A DNA stretch of 64,000 bases from Candidatus Bipolaricaulia bacterium (GCA_042219045.1 JBDGQO010000033.1:28167-92166), one strand, 5' to 3'. Shown: positions 1-9,774, numbered from the stretch's first letter. A program made the numbers and translations. Notes: generated by a model not told the origin, from the letters alone.

Positions 1-679
1 CGTCGAACGCCGGTTGCACCGGCTTAGGCGGTTGGACGTCCTGCAGCTTGACGGCGGCGATGTCAATGCCCGTGTTGTACTGATCCAGTTGCTTTTGGAG
101 TCGTCTCTTCACGTCCGCGGCGATCTCGTCACGGGCCGTGGTGAGAATGGGGTCCAGGTCGCGCTGTGCGACTTGCTCACGGATAATGGCCTCCGCAGCG
201 TTGCTTACCACCGCTTTTGGTTTGCGAACGTTGAACGCGAAGTTCTTCGCGTTGGCGACGTCGTATTGGACGACCGTATCGATCCAGACGATGTTGCCAT
301 CCCCGGTCAACATCAGCGCCTCTTCGGGGACTTCCTGATATTGGGGATTGGGCGGTGGACTGATGGTCCGGAAGCCGATCTCTTCCTTGCGACGGCTCTT
401 CGTATCGACAATGGTTACGCTGGAGACCGGCCAGGGCATGTGCCAGTGAATGCCGGGTTTGCTGCTGCCAATGTAGGCACCAAAGCGCTTGACCAGTCCC
501 GTCTCGGACGGGCCGACCTGATAGAAGCCGCTGAACAGCCAAATGCCGATGATTACGGCAATGATTAACCATCCAACCCAGCTTCCGAGCTGGTTGAGCT
601 TTTGCCCCCAGTTCTTCCATTCGTCCCATTGTTGTCGTTCGTTGCCGAACTCGTCTTCAAAGTCGAACGGACTTCGCAT
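1..679 (-). CDS. HflK/HflC-like SPFH (band 7) membrane protein, 5' part; gene runs off the left edge of the window
   Basis: Manual minus-strand translation from ATG 679-677 preceded by GGGAGG SD: MRSPFDFEDEF...WVGWLIIAVIIGIWLFSGFYQVGPSETGLVKRFGAYIG...IDTVVQYDVANAKNF... One TM helix then SPFH core. Absent from the ORF track because it leaves the window. Confidence 0.7.
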   Translation of the reverse strand, partial: MRSPFDFEDEFGNERQQWDEWKNWGQKLNQLGSWVGWLIIAVIIGIWLFSGFYQVGPSETGLVKRFGAYIGSSKPGIHWHMPWPVSSVTIVDTKSRRKEEIGFRTISPPPNPQYQEVPEEALMLTGDGNIVWIDTVVQYDVANAKNFAFNVRKPKAVVSNAAEAIIREQVAQRDLDPILTTARDEIAADVKRRLQKQLDQYNTGIDIAAVKLQDVQPPKPVQPAFD

Positions 680-799
680 GTAACCTCCCTCGACGGTGAT
701 CAGGGCTCATTTGAGCCCACAATAAAATCATCATAGTCGTCGCTTCCCCAACTCTTCAAGACAGTTGCATTCTGAAGGGGGGCCGCTTATCCTAAAAAG

Positions 800-2374
800 A
801 TGACGGAGGTTCACGCCGTGAACGGCGAACGCGTGCTCATCGTCGATTTTGGGTCCCAATACACGCGCTTGATCGCTCGCCTGATTCGAGAGCACGGCGT
901 CTACACCGACGTGGTGACGCCCGACGTCGACGCGGACGAGCTTCGGCGAAACCCGCCGTCCGCGGTGGTGCTCTCCGGCGGGCCGGCCAGCGTCTACGAC
1001 GCCGACGCGCCCGAAGTGCCCGAAACGGCGTTCCGGCTCGGCGTGCCGACGTTGGGCATCTGCTACGGGAGCCAACTGTTGGCCCACCAACAGGGCGGCC
1101 GCGTCGAGCGGGCCCAGCCCGAATACGGGACTGCCACGGTTCGAATCGAACGTCAACACAAAGTCCTCGCGGGCCTGGATAACGAAGAGCGCGTCTGGAT
1201 GAGCCACGGCGACGTTATCACCGAACTGCCCGACGGCTTCCGGGTTCTCGCTCGCTCGCAGGAGGACGATGGCACGGACGCACTGATTGCGGCGATCGGA
1301 AACGACGACGGCTCGATGATCGGCCTCCAGTTCCATCCCGAAGTGCAACATACCCCCCGGGGCCGACAAATCCTACGCAACTGGCTATTCGACGTTTGCG
1401 GCCTGCACGGCGGCTGGGCGCCGGCCGGTCAGGTGGATCGACTGATCGAACGGACCTCTCGTGACGTGGGCGATGGGCGGGCGCTCATTGCCGTGTCGGG
1501 CGGCGTCGACTCGAGCACGGCGGCGGTATTGGCCCATCGGGCGCTCGGCGAGCGGCTGCTGCCCGTCTTCGTCGATACGGGGCTGTTGCGCGAGAGCGAG
1601 CCCGAGCGCGTCCGCGACGTCTTCCATCAACTGGGGCTGGACGTTGACTTTGTCGATGCCAAGGAGCGTTTCTACGAGCAACTGCGCGGGGTCGTCGATC
1701 CGGAGGCGAAGCGCCGGATCATCGGCGAGACGTTCATCCGCGTTTTTGAAGAGGAGGCCGCGCGGCTGCAGGCCCGCGTCGGCCCCATTGACCTGCTCAT
1801 TCAGGGGACGATCCACTCCGATGTCATCGAAAGCGGGGGCACGGCCCAATCAGCTCGCATCAAGAGCCACCACAACGTCGGTGGGCTCCCCGAACGGCTG
1901 GGGTTCCGGGTCGTCGAGCCGCTGCGCGACCTGTTCAAAGATGAGGTGCGCGAGGTCGGCCGCGCACTCGGCCTGCCCGACGCCATCGTCGACGAGCCGC
2001 CCTTCCCGGGGCCCGGCTTGGCCGTCCGTATCTTGGGCGAGGTGCACCCGGAGCAGGTCGAGGTTCTGCAGCGGGCCGACGCGATCCTTCGCCATGAGAT
2101 CGCCCAAGCCGGGCTGCGCTACGACGTCTGGCAGTACTTCGCGGTGCTGTTGCCCCAGCGGAGCGTCGCGGTCCGCGGCGACGAGCGGGGCTACGGACAC
2201 GTCGTGGCGTTGCGGGCGGTCGATTCGCGCGACGGCATGACGGCGGACTGGTATCGCCTCCCCCATGAGCTGCTGGCGACGGTGTCCGGCCGCATCACGA
2301 ACGAGATCCCTGACGTCACGCGCGTCGTCTACGACGTGACCTCGAAGCCGCCCGGAACCATCGAGTGGGAGTAG
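800..2374 (+). CDS. guaA: GMP synthase (glutamine-hydrolysing): class I GATase plus ATP-pyrophosphatase plus dimerisation domains
   Basis: 524-aa ORF; VLIVDFGSQYTRLIARLIRE, GICYGSQLL, SGGVDSS P-loop-like, C-terminal ...KPPGTIEWE. The true start may be GTG at 818, which has a GGAGG SD 7 nt upstream. Confidence 0.93.
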   Translation: MTEVHAVNGERVLIVDFGSQYTRLIARLIREHGVYTDVVTPDVDADELRRNPPSAVVLSGGPASVYDADAPEVPETAFRLGVPTLGICYGSQLLAHQQGGRVERAQPEYGTATVRIERQHKVLAGLDNEERVWMSHGDVITELPDGFRVLARSQEDDGTDALIAAIGNDDGSMIGLQFHPEVQHTPRGRQILRNWLFDVCGLHGGWAPAGQVDRLIERTSRDVGDGRALIAVSGGVDSSTAAVLAHRALGERLLPVFVDTGLLRESEPERVRDVFHQLGLDVDFVDAKERFYEQLRGVVDPEAKRRIIGETFIRVFEEEAARLQARVGPIDLLIQGTIHSDVIESGGTAQSARIKSHHNVGGLPERLGFRVVEPLRDLFKDEVREVGRALGLPDAIVDEPPFPGPGLAVRILGEVHPEQVEVLQRADAILRHEIAQAGLRYDVWQYFAVLLPQRSVAVRGDERGYGHVVALRAVDSRDGMTADWYRLPHELLATVSGRITNEIPDVTRVVYDVTSKPPGTIEWE

Positions 2375-2388
2375 CCGAAACGGACAGC

Positions 2389-3420
2389 ATGGCGCGAATA
2401 TGCCTCTATCTCGAGGCCGCTGAAGCCATTGAGCGATCCGGCTTCCGGAAGGCGTTCGACCGCCAGATTCGAGCGCTCCGGCTGAACGGGATTGAGGTCA
2501 CGACCGACCCGAGCGATCGACCGTACGATCTCCTCCACCTTCACGCGTTCGGGCCGAAGTCGCTCTACTGGCTCAACGGGGCGCAGCGGCATGGAATCCC
2601 CGTGGTGGTCCACGCGCACAGCGTCGGCGCCTACGACTTCCGAGACAGCTTCACGCTCTCCAACGCGCTTGCGCCGCTGTACGAGCGCTACGTCCGGTTC
2701 GTCTACAATCGAGCCGACGCGGTGTTCACGCCGACGCCCTTCGCCAAGCGAGAGCTGGAGCGGGTGGGCGTCCGACGCCCCATCGCGATCGTGAGCAACG
2801 GCGTCGATCGCGAGCGGTTTACGGTCACGGATGCCGAACGCGACCGTCAACGGCGAGCCCAGGGAAGGGAGGCCTTCACGGCGTTCTGTGCGGGCAACGT
2901 CATCCCGCGCAAGGGAGTTCGCGACTTCCTCGCCACGGCCGAGCAGTTGCCCGAGATTGGGTTTCGTTGGTTCGGCCATCGCTGGAACCGGGCGGCGGCG
3001 TATTGGCCGGACATGGAGTCGTGGCTCGATCGCGTGCCCGGCAACGTCGAGTTTCCCGGCTACGTCCGCGACACGCCCGGCGCGTTCGCCGCCGCGGACG
3101 TCTGCTTTTTCCCCTCAAAGTCCGAGACGCAGGGATTGGTGCTGCTCGAGGCTGCGTCCTTGGGCAAGCCGCTCGTGGTTCGTGATCTGGAAGTCTATCG
3201 CGACTGGCTGGTCCACGGCGAGAACTGCCTCAAGGGCCGAACGGCGACCGAGTTTGCGCGCCATCTCGACGCCCTTGCCCGCGATCCCGATCTCTATGGG
3301 CGCCTGGCCCAAGCAGCAGAGTCGCTGGCCGAAGCGCACCGGCTCGAGCACGTGGGCGCCCATCTCTGTCGGCTGTATGACGAGATCTTGACCGGCAAGC
3401 CACAGGAGGTCGTGCCATGA
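2389..3420 (+). CDS. Glycosyltransferase family 4 (GT-B, retaining)
   Basis: Trimmed to ATG 2389 (MARICLYLEA...). C-terminal E-x7-E-like region KSETQGLVLLEAASLGKPLVV. Overlaps guaA stop. Confidence 0.72.
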   Translation: MARICLYLEAAEAIERSGFRKAFDRQIRALRLNGIEVTTDPSDRPYDLLHLHAFGPKSLYWLNGAQRHGIPVVVHAHSVGAYDFRDSFTLSNALAPLYERYVRFVYNRADAVFTPTPFAKRELERVGVRRPIAIVSNGVDRERFTVTDAERDRQRRAQGREAFTAFCAGNVIPRKGVRDFLATAEQLPEIGFRWFGHRWNRAAAYWPDMESWLDRVPGNVEFPGYVRDTPGAFAAADVCFFPSKSETQGLVLLEAASLGKPLVVRDLEVYRDWLVHGENCLKGRTATEFARHLDALARDPDLYGRLAQAAESLAEAHRLEHVGAHLCRLYDEILTGKPQEVVP

Positions 3421-4190
3421 TCTCCGTGGTGGTGCCCGTGCAGAACGAGCGCGATGGGATCACCGCGTCCCTCGACGCGTTCCGGCGCCAGACGTTCAAT
3501 GGCCCCTTTGAGGTCGTCGTCGTCGACAACGGCTCCTCCGATGACACGGTCGAGGTCGTCCGGACGTTTGCGGCGGAGCATCCGGAATTGAACGTGCGTG
3601 ACGTGCATGAGCCACGTCCCGGCGTCGCGGCCGCGAGCCAGACGGGCTTCGACCACGCCCAATTCGGGATCATTGCCCGGACCGACGCGGACACGCTCGT
3701 GGACGAGGGCTGGCTCGACGCCATCGCCGCTCGGTTCCGCGACGAGCGAGTGGCGGCGCTCTGCGGCCGCGTCGGCTTTCGCGACCGCCAGCCCTTGCAG
3801 CGCTGGCTCCAACTCGAGCGCCTCATCGGCCTGCATCAACGGGCCCACATTCGCCTGGGGAAGCCCCACTTTTGGGGCTTCAACTTTGCCGTGCGTCGGG
3901 ACGTCTTCCGGCGAGCCGGTGGGTTCGACACCCGGCTCAAGCTGGCGGAGGATCTCGATCTCGGCTTGCGTCTGCAGGACGCGTTGGATCGGGGCGAGCG
4001 CATCGTTTACGCGCCGGAGATGCGCGTGTTCAGCTCGAGCCGACGGTATCGCTTGAACCGCGATTGGCTGCGGTATACGCTCGATGGATATCGCGCCTAC
4101 GTCGCCCGGGCTTGGCTCGGTCGAATCCCGGCTTGGATGTGTGTGGATCCGACCGTCATTTCCGGCCGAGACGGGAACCAGCGGTTGTAA
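3417..4190 (+). CDS. Glycosyltransferase family 2
   Basis: MISVVVPVQNE...VVVVDNGSSDDT, TDAD (DxD). ATGA start/stop overlap with upstream GT4. Confidence 0.75.
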   Translation: MISVVVPVQNERDGITASLDAFRRQTFNGPFEVVVVDNGSSDDTVEVVRTFAAEHPELNVRDVHEPRPGVAAASQTGFDHAQFGIIARTDADTLVDEGWLDAIAARFRDERVAALCGRVGFRDRQPLQRWLQLERLIGLHQRAHIRLGKPHFWGFNFAVRRDVFRRAGGFDTRLKLAEDLDLGLRLQDALDRGERIVYAPEMRVFSSSRRYRLNRDWLRYTLDGYRAYVARAWLGRIPAWMCVDPTVISGRDGNQRL

Positions 4191-4265
4191 GCGTCAAGCC
4201 GGGATTGAGCTGCCATGCATGGATAACGCTGTCGACAACCCTCGCGCCATAAGGATGAATCGACT

Positions 4266-5951
4266 GTGGGTTCTAAACTCGCGATCTTTGCGCTGGACGG
4301 GGCTTCACCGGAGTTGGTCGAACGGTGGGCCGGTGAAGGCCATTTGCCGACCCTCGCATCGTTGATGGACCGCGGTGCTTTTGGGCCATTGGAGAGCACG
4401 ATCCCGCCCGTCACGGGCGCCGCCTGGGGCTCGTTTCTCAGCGGTGTCACGCCCGGCCGCCACGGGATCTTCGAGTGGCTCGATCGGCGGGACACCGGCT
4501 ACGGCATGAAGCTGACCGACGGGCGGCTGTTGCCGTCGAATCTGATCTTTGAGCATCTCAGCAACCACGGCCAGCGCGTCGGCGTCATGAGCGTGCCGTT
4601 GGTCGATCGGGATCGCGACCTGAACGGCTTTCTCATTACCGATCTCCTGACGCCCCCGGATCGGCCCTATGCCAAGCCGGCGGACTTCCAGTCGCGGTTG
4701 GAGCGCGCCATCGGGGGACGGTATCCCGTGACACCGCCGGTGTGGCCCGGCCGCTATCGGGCCCGAAAATGGCTGCGCGAGCTCCAAGCGTCGTTGGAGG
4801 CGCGCATGCGCGCCGCGCAGTATGCGCTCAACCATGAGCCGTGGGACGTGTTCATGGTCCACGTCATGGAGACCGACTCCGTCCAGCACCAGATGTGGCA
4901 AGCCATCGACGGGCTCCATCGGCCGCGCTATCGCGTGGACGTGGAGGGCAATCCCGTGCTCGATATTTATCAACAGGCCGACGCGTGGATCGGCCGCTGT
5001 CTCGAGGACCTGGATGAGGACACCACGGTCATGGTCATCTCCGACCACGGCTTCGGCACGCATCTGTACAACCTTCATACGAACGTCTGGCTGCTCCAGC
5101 AGGGATTTTTGAACCTGCGGACCAATATGTCGACCCGCCTGAAGAAGTTGATGTTCCAGGCAGGCATCACCCCGGAGAACCTCTACCCCTCGCAAGAGTG
5201 GCTCCGGCTGCTCGGGCAAGTCGGCGGCGACGAGGCGTACGAACTCCTGGCGCGAACCAATCTGTCGACGCAGAACATCGACTGGGATCGCACGGTCGCG
5301 TTCTCCTACGGCAACATCGGCCAGGTGACGCTCAACATGGCCGGCCGAGAGCCCGAAGGCAGCGTCACCGAAGGTCGGCGAGATGGGGTTCTGAATGAGA
5401 TCCAGGAGGCGCTCCAGGAGTGGCGCAATCCCGAGACTGGCGAGCGGGTGGTCGACACCGATCATATCTATCGGCGCGAGGCGATCTACACCGAGCCGAC
5501 CCTGCCCCACGTGCCCGACTTGCTCTTTCTCCCGACGCCGGGTTACACGCCCATTGGCCTGACGGAGTTCCTCGCCAATCGGCCCATTACGTATCCCGTG
5601 GCGCATTCCGGTTGGCATCGACTCGACGGCGTCTTCATTGGCGCCGGCCCGGGCATCGCGTCCGGTCGGCCAACCGACCTCCGGTTGCTGGACATGTACC
5701 CGACGATCTGCGCGTTGGTCGGATTGCCATCTCCGGCGGGCCTGGACGGGCGCGTCATGACGTCAGTGCTAACTCCAGAGGTGGCCCAGCAACGGCCGAG
5801 CGCACCCTCGCGGGAATCGGCCGAGCGCGGCGATCAGGAGGCCGAAGCGTCGGACGGCGCTTCGGCGGACGACTCGCCGGGCGATGGGGCCTTGACACCC
5901 GAGGAGGAAGCGGAGATTCGCGAACGGCTCAAGGGCTTGGGATACCTCTGA
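4266..5951 (+). CDS. Type I phosphodiesterase / nucleotide pyrophosphatase family protein (alkaline-phosphatase superfamily) with acidic C-terminal tail
   Basis: 561-aa ORF (GTG start). N-terminal IFALDGASPELVERW, metal-site-like DHGFGTH, acidic Asp/Glu-rich C-terminus. Confidence 0.6.
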   Translation: MGSKLAIFALDGASPELVERWAGEGHLPTLASLMDRGAFGPLESTIPPVTGAAWGSFLSGVTPGRHGIFEWLDRRDTGYGMKLTDGRLLPSNLIFEHLSNHGQRVGVMSVPLVDRDRDLNGFLITDLLTPPDRPYAKPADFQSRLERAIGGRYPVTPPVWPGRYRARKWLRELQASLEARMRAAQYALNHEPWDVFMVHVMETDSVQHQMWQAIDGLHRPRYRVDVEGNPVLDIYQQADAWIGRCLEDLDEDTTVMVISDHGFGTHLYNLHTNVWLLQQGFLNLRTNMSTRLKKLMFQAGITPENLYPSQEWLRLLGQVGGDEAYELLARTNLSTQNIDWDRTVAFSYGNIGQVTLNMAGREPEGSVTEGRRDGVLNEIQEALQEWRNPETGERVVDTDHIYRREAIYTEPTLPHVPDLLFLPTPGYTPIGLTEFLANRPITYPVAHSGWHRLDGVFIGAGPGIASGRPTDLRLLDMYPTICALVGLPSPAGLDGRVMTSVLTPEVAQQRPSAPSRESAERGDQEAEASDGASADDSPGDGALTPEEEAEIRERLKGLGYL

Positions 5952-6751
5952 ACGGGAGCGCTCAGCCCGCCGATTCCGCTGAAGACGAGCCCGAAGGCCA
6001 ACCCGAGCACGAGCCCCCGCAGCCCGAACGTGGCCATCGGCGCATTGAGCGTTGGCGCCAGGACCTTGAGCGCCTCGTCTCCGCGAAACAACGGGGCGGC
6101 CAACGTCAAAGCCAGTATCGCCAGGACCAGGAACATGCCGTAGAACGCGCCCAACAGAATGAACGGAATACGCAGGGTGCTCGGGGGAGCTCCCGCCATC
6201 TGCAACAGGTCAATCGGGCCCTCAAAGTCGGTCCGCGCCTCGCGCAAGGCCCCATAGAGACAGCCGATGGCCAGAACGATCAGGGCGGCGAGGGCCAGCC
6301 CGACGAGGGGGCCGTTGTGGGACAGCCAGACGCGCGCGGCGTTCGGTGAGCGCTCCGGCTGTTGGACGGCCCGGATCTCGTCCCAGCCCTGAAGGCGCTG
6401 CAGCGTGGCGTCGGCGTCGGCGCCAGCATCCAGGGTCAGCACAAAGTGGCCATCCCGGTCGCTGTCGGGGGCCGTGGGCGGCGGGCCGAAGCGGTAGTGG
6501 GCCTGGGCGACGTCCGGGTCCGCGCGAAGCGTTTCGTAGAGCTCGCCGATCCGCTCTTGGGAGAGCCCAGGATCGGGGACGGCATACATTTGCGTCTGCA
6601 CCGTCGAGGTCGCCGGATCCGCGATCACGGAGACGACGACCATCGCAGCTACCGTCAACGCGGTAAGCAGGATCGCCAACGCGGCCAATCCCCACGAGCG
6701 GACCGTCAATGATCGGATGAGCTCCTGGAACGCCACGGCTGCCGGGCTCAA
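5834..6751 (-). CDS. ftsX: FtsX-like permease (large extracytoplasmic domain plus 4 C-terminal TM helices)
   Basis: 305 aa. N-terminal TM, periplasmic domain, C-terminal TM block (LVGLALAALIVLAIGCLYG...FILLGAFYGMFLVLAILALTL...). TTG start overlaps ftsE stop (TTGA). Ser/Ala-rich C-terminal tail. Confidence 0.7.
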   Translation of the reverse strand: MSPAAVAFQELIRSLTVRSWGLAALAILLTALTVAAMVVVSVIADPATSTVQTQMYAVPDPGLSQERIGELYETLRADPDVAQAHYRFGPPPTAPDSDRDGHFVLTLDAGADADATLQRLQGWDEIRAVQQPERSPNAARVWLSHNGPLVGLALAALIVLAIGCLYGALREARTDFEGPIDLLQMAGAPPSTLRIPFILLGAFYGMFLVLAILALTLAAPLFRGDEALKVLAPTLNAPMATFGLRGLVLGLAFGLVFSGIGGLSAPVQRYPKPLSRSRISASSSGVKAPSPGESSAEAPSDASAS

Positions 6752-7467
6752 GTTTCGGCCTCCTCCCCCGACGTCCCGACCGCGGCCAGTGCCGAATCGG
6801 AGATCGGATAGAGTGTGCCCTCCTGGAGCCGGTACGTCGATGACGGGGCGTCGTGAACCGCCTCGGCCTGTGTCGTGGTCGTGAGGATGCTGAGGCGCCG
6901 GCGCAGGTGGAGCCGCTCTAACAACTGGAGATACCGGCGCCGTTGCGGGTCGTCCAGTTCGCTGAGCGGGTCATCAAGCAGCAACAACACGGGATCGTGG
7001 CTGAGGGCCAGAGCCAAGTGGAAGCGCTGCCGCTCGGGCTCATTGAGCTCGTCAACGGCCCGATCGCCAAGGTCAGCCAGCTCAACGAGCGAGAGCACCT
7101 CTTGGGCTTTCATCGACGCGTCCGGGGAGCTGGTGCCGAGCGCGCGACGGACGAAGACGAGCGCCCCCATAAGCGTCTGGCGTCGCAGCGTCGGCGGGTT
7201 GCGCGGGACAATGCCGATGCGTCGACGGAGCTCGCGGAGCCGGTCCGGATGGATACGGCTGATGTTGCGGTCGTCAACGAGGATCTGGCCGTGATCCGGA
7301 CGAATCTCGCCGCAGATAACCTGCAAGAGCGCCGTCTTGCCCGAACCTTGGGGCCCGATGACGCTGGCCCACTCTCCGCGGTGGAGGCGGAAGTGCAGGT
7401 CCTCGAAGACGGCCCGTTGATCCTCGTCCCTTAGCATCAACTCCGAGATCTGCACCATGATCGCCAT
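6748..7467 (-). CDS. ftsE: FtsE-like ABC ATPase with intact Walker A but degenerate catalytic motifs
   Basis: 239 aa. Walker A GPQGSGKT. Signature position reads LNEPERQRF instead of LSGGQ. Walker B LLLLDDP (Glu to Asp). H-loop His replaced (TTTTQAEAV). Directly upstream of ftsX-like gene. Confidence 0.75.
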   Translation of the reverse strand: MAIMVQISELMLRDEDQRAVFEDLHFRLHRGEWASVIGPQGSGKTALLQVICGEIRPDHGQILVDDRNISRIHPDRLRELRRRIGIVPRNPPTLRRQTLMGALVFVRRALGTSSPDASMKAQEVLSLVELADLGDRAVDELNEPERQRFHLALALSHDPVLLLLDDPLSELDDPQRRRYLQLLERLHLRRRLSILTTTTQAEAVHDAPSSTYRLQEGTLYPISDSALAAVGTSGEEAET

Positions 7468-7482
7468 CGCGGTCGCCTCCTG

Positions 7483-8406
7483 TCAGGCTCCAGCTTGGGC
7501 TCGCACGAAGCGCGGCCGGCCGGCTTGATCCGAGCGGATCTCCCATGTCTCAATGGCATCCGCCTGAGCCAACATGTCGGCCACCGCGTCGCGCTGGGCT
7601 GCGCCGATTTCCAAATACATTCGACCGCCGGGCACGAGCAACCGAGGGGCATCGGCGATAAGCTGCTTGAGCGCGCGCGTTCCCTGAGGCCCGCCGTCGA
7701 GCGCGACCGCAGGTTCGTGATCCCGCACGTCCGCAGGCAGCTCGGCCCACGCCTCCGTTGCCACGTAGGGCGGGTTGGTGACGATCAGATCGAATTGGCC
7801 TTGCAGGGCCGATCCCCAGTCAGCGCAGACGAAGCGAACGCGTTCGGCGACGCCGTTGTCGCGGGCGTTGGCCTGGGCCAACGCCAGCGCCCCGGGCGCG
7901 CGATCCACGGCGATCATCGTCGTCATGGGCCAGGCGAGCGCCAGTGCCACGGCCATGGCGCCCGACCCGGTCCCGAAGTCGATCGCCCGCTCGGGGACGG
8001 CCGACGACGATGACGTGTCCTGAATGACCCACTCGACGAGCTCCTCGGTCTCTGGGCGGGGAATCAGCACATCCGGCGTGACGCGCAGTGACGCGTCCAT
8101 AAACGGCATGGATTCCAACAGATACGCCAGTGGCACGCCCTTGCGCCGCTGGCGTATCAGCGTGCGGTACCGCGCTCGTTCCGTGGCGTTCAGCACGCGG
8201 TCGGGCGACAGATAGAGGCGAAGCCGATCGTCGCCCAGTGCGTGAGCCAGCAACGATTCCGCCTCGAAGCGGGAGGCTTCAATGCCGCCATCCCGCAAAT
8301 AGCCAGTCGTCCACGCCAAGACGCGGCGAACGGTCCATTCGCCGCTCTCCGACGAGGTCACTTTTGCCCCCTTCTCAATTGATGCGCTCACCACCGCTGG
8401 CTGCAC
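7483..8406 (-). CDS. prmC: Release factor glutamine N5-methyltransferase
   Basis: Class I SAM MTase with IVTNPPYV (NPPY) motif, IDFGTGSGAMAVALA. GTG start. Confidence 0.85.
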   Translation of the reverse strand: MQPAVVSASIEKGAKVTSSESGEWTVRRVLAWTTGYLRDGGIEASRFEAESLLAHALGDDRLRLYLSPDRVLNATERARYRTLIRQRRKGVPLAYLLESMPFMDASLRVTPDVLIPRPETEELVEWVIQDTSSSSAVPERAIDFGTGSGAMAVALALAWPMTTMIAVDRAPGALALAQANARDNGVAERVRFVCADWGSALQGQFDLIVTNPPYVATEAWAELPADVRDHEPAVALDGGPQGTRALKQLIADAPRLLVPGGRMYLEIGAAQRDAVADMLAQADAIETWEIRSDQAGRPRFVRAQAGA

Positions 8407-8427
8407 GTTGTCAAGGTAGCATGCCCA

Positions 8428-8456
8428 TTGTCAAAAGGTCAAGACTGGACTAATAT
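8428..8456 (+). promoter_or_regulatory. sigma70-like promoter TTGTCA-17-TAATAT upstream of PIN/TRAM gene
   Basis: Hexamers at 8428-8433 and 8451-8456 with exact 17-nt spacer. About 110-nt leader to ATG 8571. Confidence 0.35.
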
Positions 8457-8570
8457 GCTTGTTCCGACGAATTGCAAAGTCCGATGGAGTTGCACGGTGG
8501 CCTACAGACTGGGCTACCACGGGATAACGCGGCGCTGAGGTTATCGACGCCGCTCTATCGATAGGGATCC

Positions 8571-9653
8571 ATGACCATGCGCAAGCTACTGCGTGTGCTG
8601 CCCCTTTATGTAGGTTTGGCCGCCATCGGGGCGCTTACGGTTGCGATCCAGCAACCGCTCGCTGAGATCCCCGACCTGCTCGGCGTGCCCGCGTGGACAA
8701 CGCAACTGCTTGCCGGTGTCCTCGCAGGCCTGATCGTTGCTGGGACGTTCCACGTCGTGACGCGAACCGTCAAGCGCCGCCTTGCCGAGGGCGGCGGCGT
8801 GGCGTTCCTGAACGGCGGCCTCCTGGCGCTCATGGGGGCGCTCCTCGGGCTCGTTGGGTTCTTCATTCTGGAGCTGTTGTTCCGGCCAAGCCCATGGTTG
8901 GAGCTGGCTGAGTCCGGACTGATCGTCTTCTTGACGTTTCTGGGCTTCCTCATCGGCTACCGCGAGGAGAACCTGTTTGCGACGCTCGTGGGCGGGGTGC
9001 CCGCGCTGCGCGACCAGCCGACGACCCCCGCGAAAGTGCTGGACACGAGCGTGATCATCGATGGCCGCATCGAGGACCTAGTGCAGACGGGGTTCGTCGA
9101 GGGACAGCTGGTGATTCCGCAGTTCGTGTTGGAGGAGTTGCAACAGATCGCGGATTCGGCGGACAATCTCCGGCGCCGTAAGGGGCGTCGTGGCTTGGAC
9201 GTATTGCGCGCGCTGCGCGACAATGCCGATCTGGACGTCCAGATCGGCGATACGGACTTTCCCGAGGTCAGTGCCGTTGACAGGAAACTGATCCAGCTGG
9301 CCAAGGAACTGGAGGCCGACCTGCTGACGACGGACTTCAACCTCAACAAGGTTGCGCAGGTTGAGGACATCCAGGTCCTGAACATCAACAAGCTCGCCAA
9401 TGCGGTCAAGCCGCGCTTCATTCCCGGCGAGGAGCTCGAGGTCGAGGTCATCGACCGCGGCGAAGAGATCGGGCAAGGAGTCGGCTACCTTGACGACGGC
9501 ACCATGGTCGTCATTGAGAACGGACGGCGGTTTATCGGCAGGACGGTCCGCGCGACCGTGTCGAGTTCGCTCCAGACGGACGCGGGCAAGATGCTATTCG
9601 TGCGCCCCAAGGGCGAAGTCAACGAGGGCTGGGCTGAGTCCTCGTCGTCCTAA
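8571..9653 (+). CDS. Membrane-anchored PIN plus TRAM domain protein (YacL-like)
   Basis: 360 aa. 4 N-terminal TM helices, PIN core (VLDTSVIIDGRIEDL...), C-terminal TRAM-like beta domain. Immediately upstream of ispD, the conserved yacL-ispD arrangement. Confidence 0.8.
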   Translation: MTMRKLLRVLPLYVGLAAIGALTVAIQQPLAEIPDLLGVPAWTTQLLAGVLAGLIVAGTFHVVTRTVKRRLAEGGGVAFLNGGLLALMGALLGLVGFFILELLFRPSPWLELAESGLIVFLTFLGFLIGYREENLFATLVGGVPALRDQPTTPAKVLDTSVIIDGRIEDLVQTGFVEGQLVIPQFVLEELQQIADSADNLRRRKGRRGLDVLRALRDNADLDVQIGDTDFPEVSAVDRKLIQLAKELEADLLTTDFNLNKVAQVEDIQVLNINKLANAVKPRFIPGEELEVEVIDRGEEIGQGVGYLDDGTMVVIENGRRFIGRTVRATVSSSLQTDAGKMLFVRPKGEVNEGWAESSSS

Positions 9654-9774
9654 CGAGGACCCGTCCGTGGGACGGAGACGGAAGTGTTCCGGGCGCTTGA
9701 TGGTCTGGATGGCAACGCCGCAACCGCGGCTTTGGAGCACCGACAACTCAATATGATGCGGGAACTGATAGATC

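Noticed and set aside
14-568. 184-aa plus-strand ORF (and 138-338 +, 177-629 -)
   Set aside because: Antisense or out of frame to the HflK-like gene, which translates convincingly on the minus strand from 679. Typical GC-rich shadow ORFs.
731-2266. Minus-strand ORFs 731-1369, 1385-1849, 1850-2266 and plus-strand 1461-2240
   Set aside because: All lie inside guaA in other frames or on the other strand. guaA translation is unambiguous.
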